Source: Chrysomallon squamiferum (lineage: Eukaryota > Animalia > Mollusca). Taken from it: a stretch of DNA of 64,000 bases. The stretch is taken from contig CM022677.1 of NCBI GenBank assembly GCA_012295275.1, positions 9,858,001 through 9,922,000 on the forward strand, given 5' to 3'. A program made the translations under genes and the position numbers. Position 1 is the first letter of the stretch; every line of letters starts with the position of its first letter. This document shows, one piece after another, positions 25,520-39,739 of this stretch. The notes beneath the pieces were generated by a model that was given only the letters and a program-made list of their open reading frames with translations, was not told where the DNA came from and did no database searches.

Positions 25520-25566
25520 AGCCAATCAAATTGAATTTTATAACATGTGAAGCGGACCAATCAGAG
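25520..25566 (+). promoter_or_regulatory. Paired CCAAT boxes
   Basis: agccaatcaaa and gaccaatcaga about 35 bp apart in the same orientation (NF-Y-type spacing), just upstream of the retroelement-derived region. Confidence 0.4.
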
Positions 25567-25965
25567 CTTTGCATGTTGTTCACTGCAAAGTTAAGTGTGT
25601 GTTGTGCGTGTGTAAAATAGTTTGTTGTGCTCATTAGAATTAACATCAGTATAATGTATGAATGTACATCAGTCAAAGAACGTTAAGATTTTTAAAAGTA
25701 CTTGATCGCGTAGTATGTAATTTCTTCTAGACATTCTAGACTCTTAATGATATTCCTGAAAATCTTTTGAAGCAAGGGTTCGAGAATGTTGTGTATGTAA
25801 CGTATAAAAGGAGATATAGCTGCTACAGTTACAAAATTATAAATTTTAATGTTCTGAAGAAATTTTTAAAATTGTTGTTGAAATAATTTAATAAAATATG
25901 TAAATCATTTAGTTTTTCATTTTGTTCCAAGTAAAAAAAGAATCTAATCAAAGAACCTAAGTGTG

Positions 25966-26001
<36 letters not shown>

Positions 26002-27799
26002 AAAAGTCAAAAAAAGACGAAATTTATCAAATCATTTAATAAGTTTGTTTATCCACTAAATAATTCAGTTGGTTTCAGTAAACTTATAAATGAGTTGGTG
26101 AATTATAACTAGCCCCCCCAAAACCAAGATATGTTAGTTAATTTATAATATTTTTTAAAGCATAATTCTATGTTAAATAGAGGAAGCAGTTTAAAGAATA
26201 AATTTTAAAACACACCTACATACAGAATGATTTCTGTAGATAATTTTATTAACAATTGTGATATTTAATAATCAGTAAGTTTTATCTGCGGAAGAAAGGT
26301 AGTTAAAAAAATAATAATAAAAAACAATATATATATAGTTATATATAAATAAAATGAAATGTTATGAAATGTATGTGTGTGTACACACACACACAAATTC
26401 ATTATTTCTAAGGAGAGTTACAACCCTTGTGATACCAAATACGTTTTCCTGAAAGAGTTGCTTATCAGAGAAAAGAGAATAGTTTTCACATATGACTAGT
26501 ACTTACGGTTGATAGGCCAATGTTATTACATCAGGTGGGTATCTGAAACACTGGAGAAGGTAAAATGATATATATCCAGGTAGCCCTGATAATAAATAAA
26601 TAAAGAAATAAAATTAAATTAGCACTATATTAAATTATTAATATTTATAAAATTATAACAAAATTTCTAAGATTTAAAAATCACATTGGCCTCAAATCAC
26701 AAAAAACTAATAAAGTATTAGAGCTAAATAAATAGATTTGGTAAGATATTTAAAATACTTTGTCTTTTGCACATATTTAAATGTTTCAACCTGACAAAAG
26801 GTATTAACCAGTTTAAGATCAGATTGCACAGATGGATTACAGAGTGATGAACAGCAGACTGGGATTGACTCTGGTGTCAGCTGACTAACAAGAAACCACT
26901 GAAAGCAACCCAAGTAGCACCAAGGACAACTGAATTCAAACTTTAGGCACAAAACTGTTCCCAGACATTCAAGAAATGATTATAGCACCAACAGTGTGAG
27001 GAATGATAGAAGAATCCAGTTTCTAGGTCATGAAAGACTGTTTACTAGAAAAGAAAGGTAGAGAAATCCAACATCAAAACAGAATTATCAAATGAACAGA
27101 GAATTTTTGTACTGCATTTAGATTGCTAGTTGTAGGAGAAAATTCCAAATGCAGTTATAGCTTCATCAAGGGAAATAAGAAAGATCTTTCTACAAACGGG
27201 ACACAAGATTTCTGTATACCAAACATCTGAAAGACATCTACAAAACAACTGACTTAACCCAAGAAAGCAACAAAATCCTACTAAAAATATGTTATGACAA
27301 CTGGGAATTTAGAATAAATTACTACTGGTATCAACCAAAATTAGTTTACCAAAAAAAAAGAAACAAAAAAAGAACAATATATATATATATATAATCAAAG
27401 AATAATATAATTATTTATTATTATTGTCATTTTTGAGTTTGTTTATGAAATGATGAAGAAAAAGAGATTTGAGAATTTTTATAAAATCTTTAAAAAAAAT
27501 TTCAGAAGATTTCTCAGACATTACTGGAAAACAAAGAGCAGAAGATTGACACTTTGTGAAAAATAAAAAAGTGAAAAAAACAATCCACATTAGGACACCA
27601 TAATTCGCAAGTTACAATCAAAGATACCTTACAGATGAACTCTGGGACCATAACCCTATCATTAAATAAGGCACATATGATCATGGGGTCAGCAATAATA
27701 AAATAAAGAGATAAATAAAAATATACGGTTCTAAAAGAGGACTTAACAGTAAGGTGAAATAAATTTCATTCAGCTAGTAGAAGGTGACAAGATAAGCTT

Positions 27800-28414
27800 C
27801 AGCATTAACTTGTTCCATTTCTGCAGTGTTTGAAATGAGAACAGACTGATGATGTGTTTACTGAACGTACAAATCATCATAAACAGGGAGAAGAAACAAA
27901 AACAATAAAAACTCAGGAATCTTATAAACTATTTATTCATCTCTTAATTTATCAGGAGAATTGACTCTTGAAGCATTTATTGAACGTATGAATCATCAAT
28001 ATTGTGAACTGTTAGTTTGGAAGATTATACAAGTGTGAAAGAAAAAAACCTGAAGTTACAAGAATTTTATACAGAAATTCACCAAACAATTGTAAGAAAC
28101 TTAATAATAGAGAGGTTATAGATGCATGTCTAAGCAAACTGTTCAGGCAGTGAGGTATTGAACTGAATGCTACAGGACACTCAATGAATGAACTATACAG
28201 TATTCATGTACTTAAGTGAAACATAGCTTATAAGAAAAAGAAATAACAAACAATAATAATACAAATAAATAAAGTTCATAATTTCTGATATCCAGTAATA
28301 GTAATGTGCAAAATTTGTGTAAATGGAGCAAATTTCACAATAAGAATTTTGTTTAAAAAATTGTGATTACCTTTTTATTATATATATTCTTATTATTCTT
28401 CCAGTCTGACAAAA

Positions 28415-28479
<65 letters not shown>

Positions 28480-30010
28480 TATAATAAAATAAATAAATGT
28501 AAAAGGAAATTAAAAAAGTCCAAATATATAAATTTTAAATAGTTTTCTTAAAGACCCGTTTTTTTCTTCTTTGTTTTTCCCAGTAATCTGTTAATTATTA
28601 TTATTATAATTATGACTGGCTGACCAGGAGTCAGAGGATAATGAAGCAGAGAGGAAGAGAATGTTCTAGGAAATTATGACATTTGTACAGATGGACTGGA
28701 CATACATGTAGAAATACAGATTCTCAGGCTGAATACAAGGGACTATCATTTATGAAATGAATTTGTGATGGCTGGTTACAGTGGAGTCAGTCTGTTTATC
28801 AACAGGGTTTTTAGAGGCTTGGTCAGCTAAATATCAATCAGCAAAACATAATGAAGTTACGCATATATAAATAAAAACATATTCTATTAGCCATTTTTGT
28901 CTAAAAACATATTTCCCAAACAAAAGACCTGCTAGAAATTAATAAATGTTATACATGATCACCATCAAGTAAATAATTTCTCAGTTAAACCTGAAAAAAG
29001 ACATTGAACAATGTTAGGAATGGAATGCATTGTCCTGTTTCTTCTCAATAGAAGGAAAAAGCAAATACAGTTTCACAAAAACAAATGAAACAATTTATGA
29101 AATTTACGAAAATGAAAAGCGACCAGATCTTGCATAAAATATCTGACAGCTGACATTGCTTAAAGAACAGGAAATCAGAAATTGAGATTTTCTTCAGTTG
29201 TGAAGCATGACATTCTTGTTTCAGTGGTACTATTTGCAACTATTGTCATGAAAAAGGTTACACTGATAAAGCCTATCAACAACTCTCAACTCTTCAGTGA
29301 TGTGGTAGTGCAGGTGGTTACAGTGATGGAATGCACTGTCATGTAAGTAAAGATCACTTTGGTTGTTAAAATATCACAGGATCTAAAAATTCTCAGATGA
29401 GTGAGTTACACTATGAGAAAATAGTCTCTGAACATGAACCACCTCAACTTATGCAATTATGTGAAATTACATGAAACTGATGAAAATATATACTTCATAT
29501 AATGCAGATGAACAAATTAGGGTTTCCAGTGTCAAAGACATAATGAGTTAATGATATATCAGGGACAAAAGTTGGATCACTTGGAATTATATAAGGTTAA
29601 GAAGAAAATCTACTGAGGACAGACATACTTTAAAGTATTTTAGGGATTTAAATGAGATTTTCATGTGGAAAAAAATATAAGCTATATACCTATTTCAAAT
29701 CCTGGAAAAATACTTTGACATTTTTACAGAGTACTGGGATAAATTAAAGGGATATGAAAAAACACCTGAGCTGGCCAAAATCATGTAAAAGTGGAATTCA
29801 AACTAGATTAGACTAATGAAAGAAGGAATCAATGCATCAGTGTGTCTGGGAAAGTACAGCTCTACCCATGTTGAGAGATCTCGGAGTCTGGAGAGTCATC
29901 TTATATCAAGTTTCTAACCAAACACCAGACTGAAATCTCTAAGCACACTACTGCAACAGATCTCAGAAGTGCATATCTTTAACATGATGAAATGTCAAAT
30001 CAGTTATGAT
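27800..30010 (+). mobile_element. Highly decayed Ty3/Gypsy (Mag-like) LTR retrotransposon internal region
   Basis: Gag knuckle relic C-N-Y-C-H-E-K-G-Y-T-D-K-A-Y at 29235-29276 (CX2CX4HX4C with H->Y and C->Y), preceded by a second partial knuckle. Protease relics TGSKNSQMSELHYEK (~29376) and NLLRTDIL (~29608). RT relics RLMKEGI (~29810) and DLRSAYL (~29959). The order is gag-PR-RT. The 5' boundary is uncertain. Confidence 0.75.
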
Positions 30011-31285
30011 ATATTTTGCTAGACACTGACATGGGCTAACTGCTTTCTCAGAAGAGACAGACTAAATACAATAAGTGTAAAAGATACCAGTCTATTATAT
30101 ACATACACATTTTTTATGGAGATGAACTCATGGCATCCAACAATTTAAACTTTTATTTTTCTGTCATGTAATATATAATATATATTAAATAAATACTAAA
30201 TATAATTTTGGATAACAATTGTATTATCAGTTTGTAATTTTAACATAATGACTAAATTATAAGTAATGGATGATATCTATATTGTAAATCTTGAAATAGT
30301 TTCATTTAGTGAATTTAGCTAAAGTCAGTGATTGCCCTGTCATGTGGTGATAAAAGTGTTTTCTTTTTGTGATGATAAACCTTTTCTTAATTTCACATGA
30401 TGTTAGTTTTATGCAAACTCCTTCTGATAAAGTCACACTCATACAGTCTGTTTCAGTCACCCATAAAAGTCAGCATTAAGAATCATAGACTGATGGCATC
30501 ATTTTTATCTTCAAACTCTCATTTCACCTTCTCTCTTTGCACATTCAGATGTTGCCAAATTGGTTACTTCTTCAGTAAACATATCTGTTCTTCTCCTTTC
30601 CTATCAGCTGTCAATTCCAAGGTATTTTCATTATAACTGCCATCAGTCTAGCTCCTGATAACATTGATATTTCTTGTATGAAGTATCGCAGTCCTCGGCA
30701 GGTTTGCATCTTTCAAATCCAGTGGCACCAGAGTAAATATCATTTTGCAGATAACTGAAGAAATTTATTTTTTAAAATATAGTTTATTATCAATCAGCAT
30801 AAAACCAGTGGGCAGCCTGTACAAAAGAAAAAACACAATATTTAAAAAAAAAAAAGTATGAATTTTAATTATTCTTTATAACTGTACAATGTATTTGTTT
30901 TGGTTCTATCTTTTCTCTCACTCTGTCACAAACACAGATGATGAGTCTTGTCTGTTTTTCTCTCTCTATCTCTCTCTCTCACACACACGCACACACACTC
31001 TAAAACAAGTTCATTTGTTTACAAGTATTTATTATTGCGAAAGTAATATAAGTCAACTAGCTATGTCATTTACATAAGAAATTTTATAATAATTCTTGTT
31101 CAGATTAAGACAAATAAACTAGTTGTGTGGGTGCATTTTTCAAAAATATGTACTTTGAAGCATGAGTGCTTCACATTATTAGGTTTTATCTAATAATGGT
31201 AATATTCCAAATTTACCATTTCTTCTACCATCATCATTATTATTTTTATTATCATTACTATGTGTCAGAGTGTTTGTTTATATGA

Positions 31286-31325
<40 letters not shown>

Positions 31326-31894
31326 GATATTCTGAATGTCTTTTAAACTTGTAATATGTAAAACAGATGTATTCAAATGTAGAAGAATTACTAATAGAAA
31401 AATATGATTTTTTTGTTTGATTTATTAATATCAGTTCTAAAATTTCAAGATTAATGTAAACTACCATTAGGAAATTAAATATAAATCTCTGCACCATAAT
31501 TTTATTGTCCTTTATGCTTTTTAATATAGTTATTATTTTACACAACAATATTTGTTTACAAACCCCGAGTACACGTTCTGTTGGCATTTGGCACGTGTAT
31601 TTCTCTTCTTTTTCTTTTCTTCATTCCCCCCCCAAAAAAAATTATGCTTTATTACATACAGGATTCAGCACTGATTTTTCAACTGATATGGAAGTTAATA
31701 AATCTGAAATAAAATAAAAATATTTGTCATTTAAGCTTATTAAAATAAACAGTTGTTGCGTTCATGTTTTGCACTTTTCTTTTGGGGCGGCATCGTTTTT
31801 TTTTTTTTTTGTGTTTTTTTTAAATATCATTAACTTATTTATCAATTATTAATTCCTATAATTTCAGGACTGAATATTATGTATTAATTAATTA

Positions 31895-31936
<42 letters not shown>

Positions 31937-33012
31937 TTGAAAGCAAGATATAATTGTCATTTTGCACACTTTTCAAGATAATTCGTTTTAATCTATGGAC
32001 TTTATTTCAAGATGGTTATTTTTTTCTTTATTCCTTTTTAATTATTATTTAAAAAGATACACTTTTACAAAATGTTCAGATAACACATGGAGTACATGTC
32101 AATTTTTTAACATTAACACTACATTTGTATTTTCTTATATATAAGAATAATCCTCAATCGACTGACCTAATTTCAGCTAATAATCATGTCTGTATTCGTT
32201 AGCGAGAGCAACAAAATTTCAAAAAGCAAATACATAAATAAATAAACATAAAAATAAAAATAAAAAATAAAAAATAAAAATTGTTTTATAATAAATGAAC
32301 GTAGATGTCGTAATCTTTCTGTGGCATTGAAAAGTAAGTTAGGGAACGTTAACTAGGTGAATTACGAAGAGCTGAAATCTCATATTAAATCCCTCTATAG
32401 ACCTCCTATCACGAATAAGTCAGTAAAAGACTGGACACAGTAGGCTGAATCGTCATACGCATAACATGTATAGCTGGCATCCTGTTCTGTGTATCTTGTT
32501 ATCAGCAGACTTGCATTTACGTTTAAAACTACCAAATATAATACTTACACCCGAACATTTTTTTTTTCATGTTTATTTATTTATTTATTTATTTATTTTG
32601 TATGTGTAAAATTGTCTCTATTAGTATATGGTTCAAGTAAGTGAACATTTGTAACTCAAGTGATACAAATCAGATTCTGTACTGATAACAAATGTTTTTG
32701 TAGATACGCTAAATATGTAAAATACTGATTCGAACAGTTTTACTTGTCAGCCTATTTAAATGATGACAACAAAACAGTTTCATATTTAATTAATATAGTT
32801 CGATTGAAAATTTACGGGGTGCATAAATTTTCATTTTATTCATTGCCAAATGAGTTCTCAGAATGGAAAAGTTATTATTACACTGAAAATAAGTTTGCAT
32901 ATCGGTAGACTTACGCCTACTCCTAATATTTGTTTGTTTTCGTTTAAAATTCTAGCAGTTATCTCTATCTCTCTTTCTCCAACTTTATTTGGCAAAGATT
33001 AATTAACAATGA

Positions 33013-33075
<63 letters not shown>

Positions 33076-33988
33076 CCGCTTCTCTCTCTCTCTTATTCTC
33101 TGACGCACACACACTTATACACACACACACATTCACAGAAAGCATATCTCTCACAAACAAGCATGAGTCACACATTCATAAGTCTCTTTCTCTTCCTAAA
33201 CAGATATAACCTCTGCAAACTGGGATAAACCTTTGTTGCTAGATCACCTATAAACTGTTATAAGATCATTTACGTTTACTTAAATCTGGATTTGCCAATA
33301 TGGTCGGTACCAAACCGGTTGATATTCTGAGTGGCTCGATAAACAAGAAAGGGTCAATAGTTGTGTGGTGGTAGATAAACTAGGATTTAACTTAAGTGAC
33401 TGATATTTTTCTTTTTATTTATTTATTATTATTATTATTCTGATTTGTTTATTTTATTATTATTGTTTTAACTGCAAAAATTCAATAGCAAAAAACTCAC
33501 AAAACAAACAAAACAACAACAATAAAACAAAAAATAAAACCAAATAACATAATAATAATACGTGACTGGTGCTCAAAGATTAATTAATAATTCAATGTAG
33601 GCGGTAACCTAAATGGTTACCGGTAGTTACCAAGTTATTCACTAAAAATCGCCACTTGACAACCTTTGTATAATCCGACAGTTCCCGAAATTTAATAAAA
33701 ACTGAACTGGTTCACAAAGATTAATTACAATTCATTTAGGCGTAATACTAACTATGCCTTTAGAAAACATTTTAATTTTCTGTTTTAAATTAAAAACACA
33801 TAATCTAAGGTAAATACGTTGTGAGAAAGCAAAATATAGATATAATTATGACGGAATACGCAAACAATAAAATAAACCAATAAAATACTTATAATTTCTT
33901 CACAATATATTAAGAGTAACTGTTAAAAAAAAAAAAAAAAAAAAAAATTTAATTTTTAATTTAAAAATAGAAATAAAACAAATGGAAC

Positions 33989-34039
<51 letters not shown>

Positions 34040-34240
34040 CGAGTTTGTTTTCAGTGGGATGATTCCATAACTTAAATATAGTCTAATTTGAAATGAGTAA
34101 ACTTCAAAATCATGGTTGTTTTCTTCTTTTTCTTCTAAATATTTGCGAGTTTTTGTTGCAATATTTTTCTAGCAGTATTCAGCACTGATTTTTGCCATTA
34201 TTTAGTATTATTATTACTTAATTATTATTATTATTCTTAG

Positions 34241-35170
34241 GTTTCATCTTAAAAATAACGCAAAGATAGTCTTTGAAATGATTATAGCTGGAGAACTTCA
34301 AGGAGCTGTAAAAATATTTTCCAAGTCCTTGAAGGAAGCTGCGCAACAAACTGGAGGAAGAGAACAAAGCAGCTGTTCACAGAAAAAACCTGATTTCAAA
34401 AACTTAGTTTAAGAGCTGAAAACTGCACTGACAAAACTAATTTCAGAAAAACGAAGGTCATACAAATAAAATATGAGAAATAGAAACCAGACTATTTTCA
34501 TCCTGGATTAGTAAGGAAACAATATGTTAATACAAATGATTTTGATTATAAGAGAAATACTGGTTCATCTACAGAAAGTAATTACAAGAGAAAAGTTCAA
34601 ATGAAAAATTGAACCAGAAGAAAAAGGTAAAACAGGCAAAAATAATTTAAATCACAACAGAGTCAGGAAGTTTTAGAATCACAGGATATTAAACAACCAA
34701 AAGCTTTGGAAATCTGATGGAACACATCCTGAGACAAATGAGACATTGTGTGTCACAAATACGAGTCTGAATGCTAATTCATTTCATTACATAGCAAACT
34801 ACAGACAGACACGACCTTAATAAAAACTGTAAAACCACTGAAGACAGAGAAAGGGGATAAAACATATATAATTAAAAAAGAAACTGATGGATTCCGTTTT
34901 ACTGGAGTCCTGAACTCAAAAGCATCATTCAAAACAAGCATCCAGTTTATCACAAAAAGATGAAAAACAATGATGAAAAGAATGCACCGACACATTTTAA
35001 ATCTCCACAAACTGATTCTTCGAGCCCTCTCTTTGTCATCTGAAATCAGATCCACTGTGGAGTCTGCAAATGTGTCTCGGCTAGAAATGTGAAGAACAGA
35101 GCCCTGCAAGGGAATAAATAAGAGATTAGCTGAATCTGGACAACTGATTCTGCTAACAGGAAATAAGGAG
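34241..35170 (+). mobile_element. Decayed non-LTR retrotransposon (LINE) ORF2 fragments, RT core deleted
   Basis: Stop-riddled translation gives linker-like KIFSKSLKEAA...LISEKRRSY, a KAPGPDG-like relic KAL(fs)SDGTHPE (~34700), and post-RT relics FRFTGV..S..SF and ILRALSLSSEI (cf. I.P.L.Y..EIW). Confidence 0.5.
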
Positions 35171-35825
35171 TTCACCAGGAGGATAGGTGGTAGGAGGGAT
35201 TTAGGATACCACCCTATTATTGATTTTATCTTTGATCAGGTAGTTTTGAAGCTTGCAACTTGCAACTTGATGATATAATTCCTGATAAACTTTTATGGTT
35301 ACATAACTGTGTTTTGTAATCCTGTTTCATTTGTGCCTAATGGCATGACATTTACAATGACATTTTGATCTAACAAATGTTACTTATAAACATTTTCAGA
35401 TAATGAAATGGTGTGTAAAGATAGCTCAGAAAAGAATATTTTGTTTATTGTATGTATTTTTTATTATTATTTTCCGTGAGCTCCAAAACTAACTTTCACA
35501 TTGAAGTATACAAAATATATTGGTTTTTTGTTAATAACGTATAGTATTAACAATTATTTTAATTCTTTTTAAATCCTTTTAGAAAAATCTAATCTGATTA
35601 TAAAATCTGGTATAAAATTATAAAAATATTTAAATACTTTACAGTTTGCTTAGTTTATCACAGGCCAAGAACTGAAGTGCACTACAGACAATACTAGTTC
35701 AGTTGCAGTTATTATTAATTATTAATTAATTAATTATCTTTTAACTGATAAGAACACTTTTGCATTGCAGAGTTAAATATTCACATTCATATATATTTGG
35801 TATTGTTTTTCCTTTCTTTTTGAAG

Positions 35826-37234
35826 GATTGGGGACACATTAACATGAATGTCTGTCTGGCTGCCATCTGAAAAATGCATATAAATTAGATAACTCACAAA
35901 TTGTGGCTATTATGGAAATTGGCCTTCAGTAGTCTGGAAGGTAAGAAATTTACTTTTATATTTTATCTAATTTTGTAGAACTTTTCAGTTGTAGTGTAAT
36001 GATCGTTTTTTTTAAGTTGTTAATATTATTCTTATTAATATATCGTTTTATCTTGTTAGAGAAGAATCTGTTAACTATTATGATTATTTCATCGTTGTAA
36101 TTATTATGATTATTTCACTGATGTAATTATTATTATTTTCTGACAGGTTATGCCCAAAGAGACCTGAAGTTTGTCTTTACAGTTCAACTGAAGCTGCCTA
36201 CTGAAATAAACAGACCAGAGATACTATGATGAAAGCCTGCAAATCATGGAGGATGTGAGTTCCTTTATAGGAGTTGGGCTATTTCATTTTGAAATAATCA
36301 TAGATGAACTGACTTTTTTAAAACAGTCTCTCTCTATAATGATGAATCTCAATATGATCATACATTGTTTTAATTATATTTTTTTTGGAAATAATTTTAT
36401 TTATATGAAGAACTATGGAATCACATGTTAGGTTAAAAATAGCTACAATCTATATCAGATTGTATTAAAAATAGATTAGTTTTGAAGGAAAAAGTTTAAA
36501 GCATTTTATGTTGATATTTAAAAATGAAATGATGTAATGTGAGTTCTGTTATTTGTTTTACAGATTTATTATGATTTATTATTAGTTTATTTCAGGTTGT
36601 ACATAAAGACTATACAGTGCATTTCCATTGTTTATGGGAAAGTATATCAAGTTCAAACATGGCTGAAGAAGTTTTCTGTGTGTTGAGTTAATACCAGGGA
36701 CCACCTTTGTAAGAACTAAACACATCCAGAATGCCACTCACAACATTCCATTTGATAGACACTTCTAGAAACTGTATTACTTCATGGGTAAAAATTATAT
36801 TATCCTGAAATTTTAAAAGTAAATAAAATGGTTTAGAATTTTAATATATTTTTTATGATATAAGAATTAAAAGAATTTACAAATTACTAATCAGAAAATA
36901 AAAAAGTGGAATTTTAAGTTTTACTTTGATATCATCACAACAAAAAACTAAATAAAAAAAAAAAAAAAAATCTATTTTAATAACAATTTTCGTAAATCTG
37001 TGTATAATTTAACTTTTTTCTTTTTTTTTAAATTAATTTCAGACATAATTTCTTATCTGAAAATAATGAAACCAATACATAATAAGGAATCTTTCCCATC
37101 TCCAAAAATAAAATAAAACCTACATAATCGGATAGTATATCAGTGTTATGTTTTTGTTGCAGATTTCACAAGATGAGCTGGAAATGTTCCATCCTGGAAT
37201 GGAAACTGCAATTGCATCAAAGTTGAAAAACATT

Positions 37235-37280
<46 letters not shown>

Positions 37281-37300
37281 AAATTAAAACTAAAAATAAA
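35826..37300 (+). pseudogene. Multi-exon spliced pseudogene or lncRNA (exons 35826-35940, 36147-36254, 36596-36787, 37163-~37300)
   Basis: Each block has a Y-tract AG acceptor and a GTAAGA/GTGAGT/GTAAAA donor, and AATAAA lies at 37295. All frames of the first three exons contain stops. A C2H2-like relic FHC..YGKVYQVQTWLKK occurs at ~36623-36670. Confidence 0.5.
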
Positions 37301-37456
37301 ATAAAATACAAATCCAGACAAAAGTGAGTGCTCAATCTCTGTAGTCATTTTGCGCAAGTAGGCTTTATAAGAATAAAATTGATTTGCAGCCTAAACGAAT
37401 AGACAAAACAAAACAAAAATGTTTTGAAAGATAGTTGAATAGTTAGTTAATAAAAA

Positions 37457-37508
<52 letters not shown>

Positions 37509-37894
37509 GAAATATTAAAAAAATAATGTATAATAATAGGATGTTTTATTTTTCAACTTATACTGAAGGGTTGTAACGTTATTTTTAACACACATCATAC
37601 CAAAGTAAGATTTCCCTTTAAAAAATATGTATGTTTTTATGGGTTTTTTTACTGTTAATGATTACTTTGGTCTATCTTGTTTACTGTTCCATATCGTACG
37701 ACGTATTTACATAAATCGAATAATCGTTATTTACACAAAAGAAAGATGTCGATACATTGGTAAAAGAAAAATCTAGCAATTTGACATTGTTAATCGATGA
37801 ACACTCAACAAACCAAATTAATATAATACCGTTATTAAACGGCTGGGTCTGCTAGGTTAAGTGTTTTTCCCAATTCATTCTAGTTTTTGTTATT

Positions 37895-37975
37895 TCAACT
37901 GCAGGAGCTCGAGCTGAAATAATAAGCTTCGGAAGTGCACGCGAATACATCATAACGTCGTCTGCCATTTAAAAC
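37895..37975 (-). promoter_or_regulatory. CpG-rich promoter-like element with ETS and YY1-like motifs
   Basis: CGGAAGTG (~37930) and GCCATTT (~37964; AAATGGC on the minus strand) lie within a CpG-dense patch. Confidence 0.35.
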
Positions 37976-38166
37976 TGTACTTTGTGATGACCAGCAGATC
38001 TACGTCTAGTGCTTCCATGGAAAATAATCATAAAGTCCAGAGAAATGTAAAGAGAGTTACTTCTGTAGTGATTGGTGGTTTATAATTAATAAATTGTTAG
38101 ATAATGTAAACTTTCTATGAATTTCTATACATAATATAATTAACGACGAATTTTAGCCTTAGTTAC

Positions 38167-38222
<56 letters not shown>

Positions 38223-38587
38223 GATAATGATAATGATGATGATGATGATGATGATGATAATTTTGAAATACATATGTGTCTGTGTGTGTGTGTGTATATA
38301 TACTGACCATCCCATTTTATTTTTATTGACATAAAATCTCTAATTACGTAACAAACCTGTTCTTTTAAGTTTATACCTCAAGTCAAAGCAAAAATAAATG
38401 TATAGATCATTCAACCTGATTGCAGCACGCAGCATCACGTGAGTATGGCTATTCTGTCAGTGAGTCATAGCTGACGAATGATACTTTCACATTAGAATTA
38501 AAGTAAATACATTTAGGAAATTGTTACATAATAAGATCTGTCAAATCAGCATTTTTCTTCAAATGTCAGTCTGAAGTTAACTTTCTG

Positions 38588-38632
<45 letters not shown>

Positions 38633-39166
38633 AATAACTAGTAATTAAATATAACTAAATATAAATAAGCGTACCTACTTGTTGTTTAGATATCAGGCTT
38701 AATCTGTGTTTAAATTAAATTATCGGCACATAGTCCGACGTGTGTAATCTTGAATTATTGATGAATGGTAAAGTGATGTACAAATTAACAAAATGATTGT
38801 AACAATAACACAAAAATTAATTAATTAATTAAAAGCAAAATAAAATCAATAAATAATAAATTACCCCTAGTACAAAATAAATAAATTATTAATAAAAAGA
38901 AAAATGACTCCCGCGACAAGAATCAAAGATCTTTCTACGAAAATAGTTATTTTAGTGTCATCGTAACCTCAGCTCATTTATCAGAAACAGTCTGCATGTT
39001 TGTGCTAATATTGTTATTATTATTATTGTTATTCTGTTATTATTGTGGTTGTTATTGTTATTGTTGTAATACTATTTGGTACTCGGTAATCGACCTAGGC
39101 GTCCACGCTATGGGGTATGCTTTATGCTTCACATTTTTCAAATAAAAATGAGAAAAAAATAAATCC

Positions 39167-39222
<56 letters not shown>

Positions 39223-39441
39223 GTCGAATAAAAGCCAAAACAAATAGGATTCAGATTATCAAATTGTGAAAAATAAGTGACAAAGGAAAAATTCAAAGAT
39301 AGTCTGCAAACCCGAGAATAGTGTCAGCGGCCTTTTTATTATAATTTATTTATATATTTATCTAATTATTAATCTTTCTTCATTTCATTTCTTTCTTTCT
39401 TTCTTTTCTTTATATATATATATTTTATTTTTTATTTTTAC

Positions 39442-39486
<45 letters not shown>

Positions 39487-39739
39487 AACATCATTATTTT
39501 TAATATGTCTACATCGAATAAAAAAAAAACTTCCAACCTCTATTAAAGTTTTAGAAATGTACAAAACCAAAAGACATAGTAAGAAACACTTTAGGCTTAA
39601 TTTAGCTTTGAAGATTAGCAGAGCGCAACTCTGAATTAGATTTTCAATTTAATCTACTAATCTATTAACTCAAGTTTCTATTAAAGTAAACAGATAATGG
39701 ATTAAGTAATGAACTGATTATAATCTAAATAGAATCACG

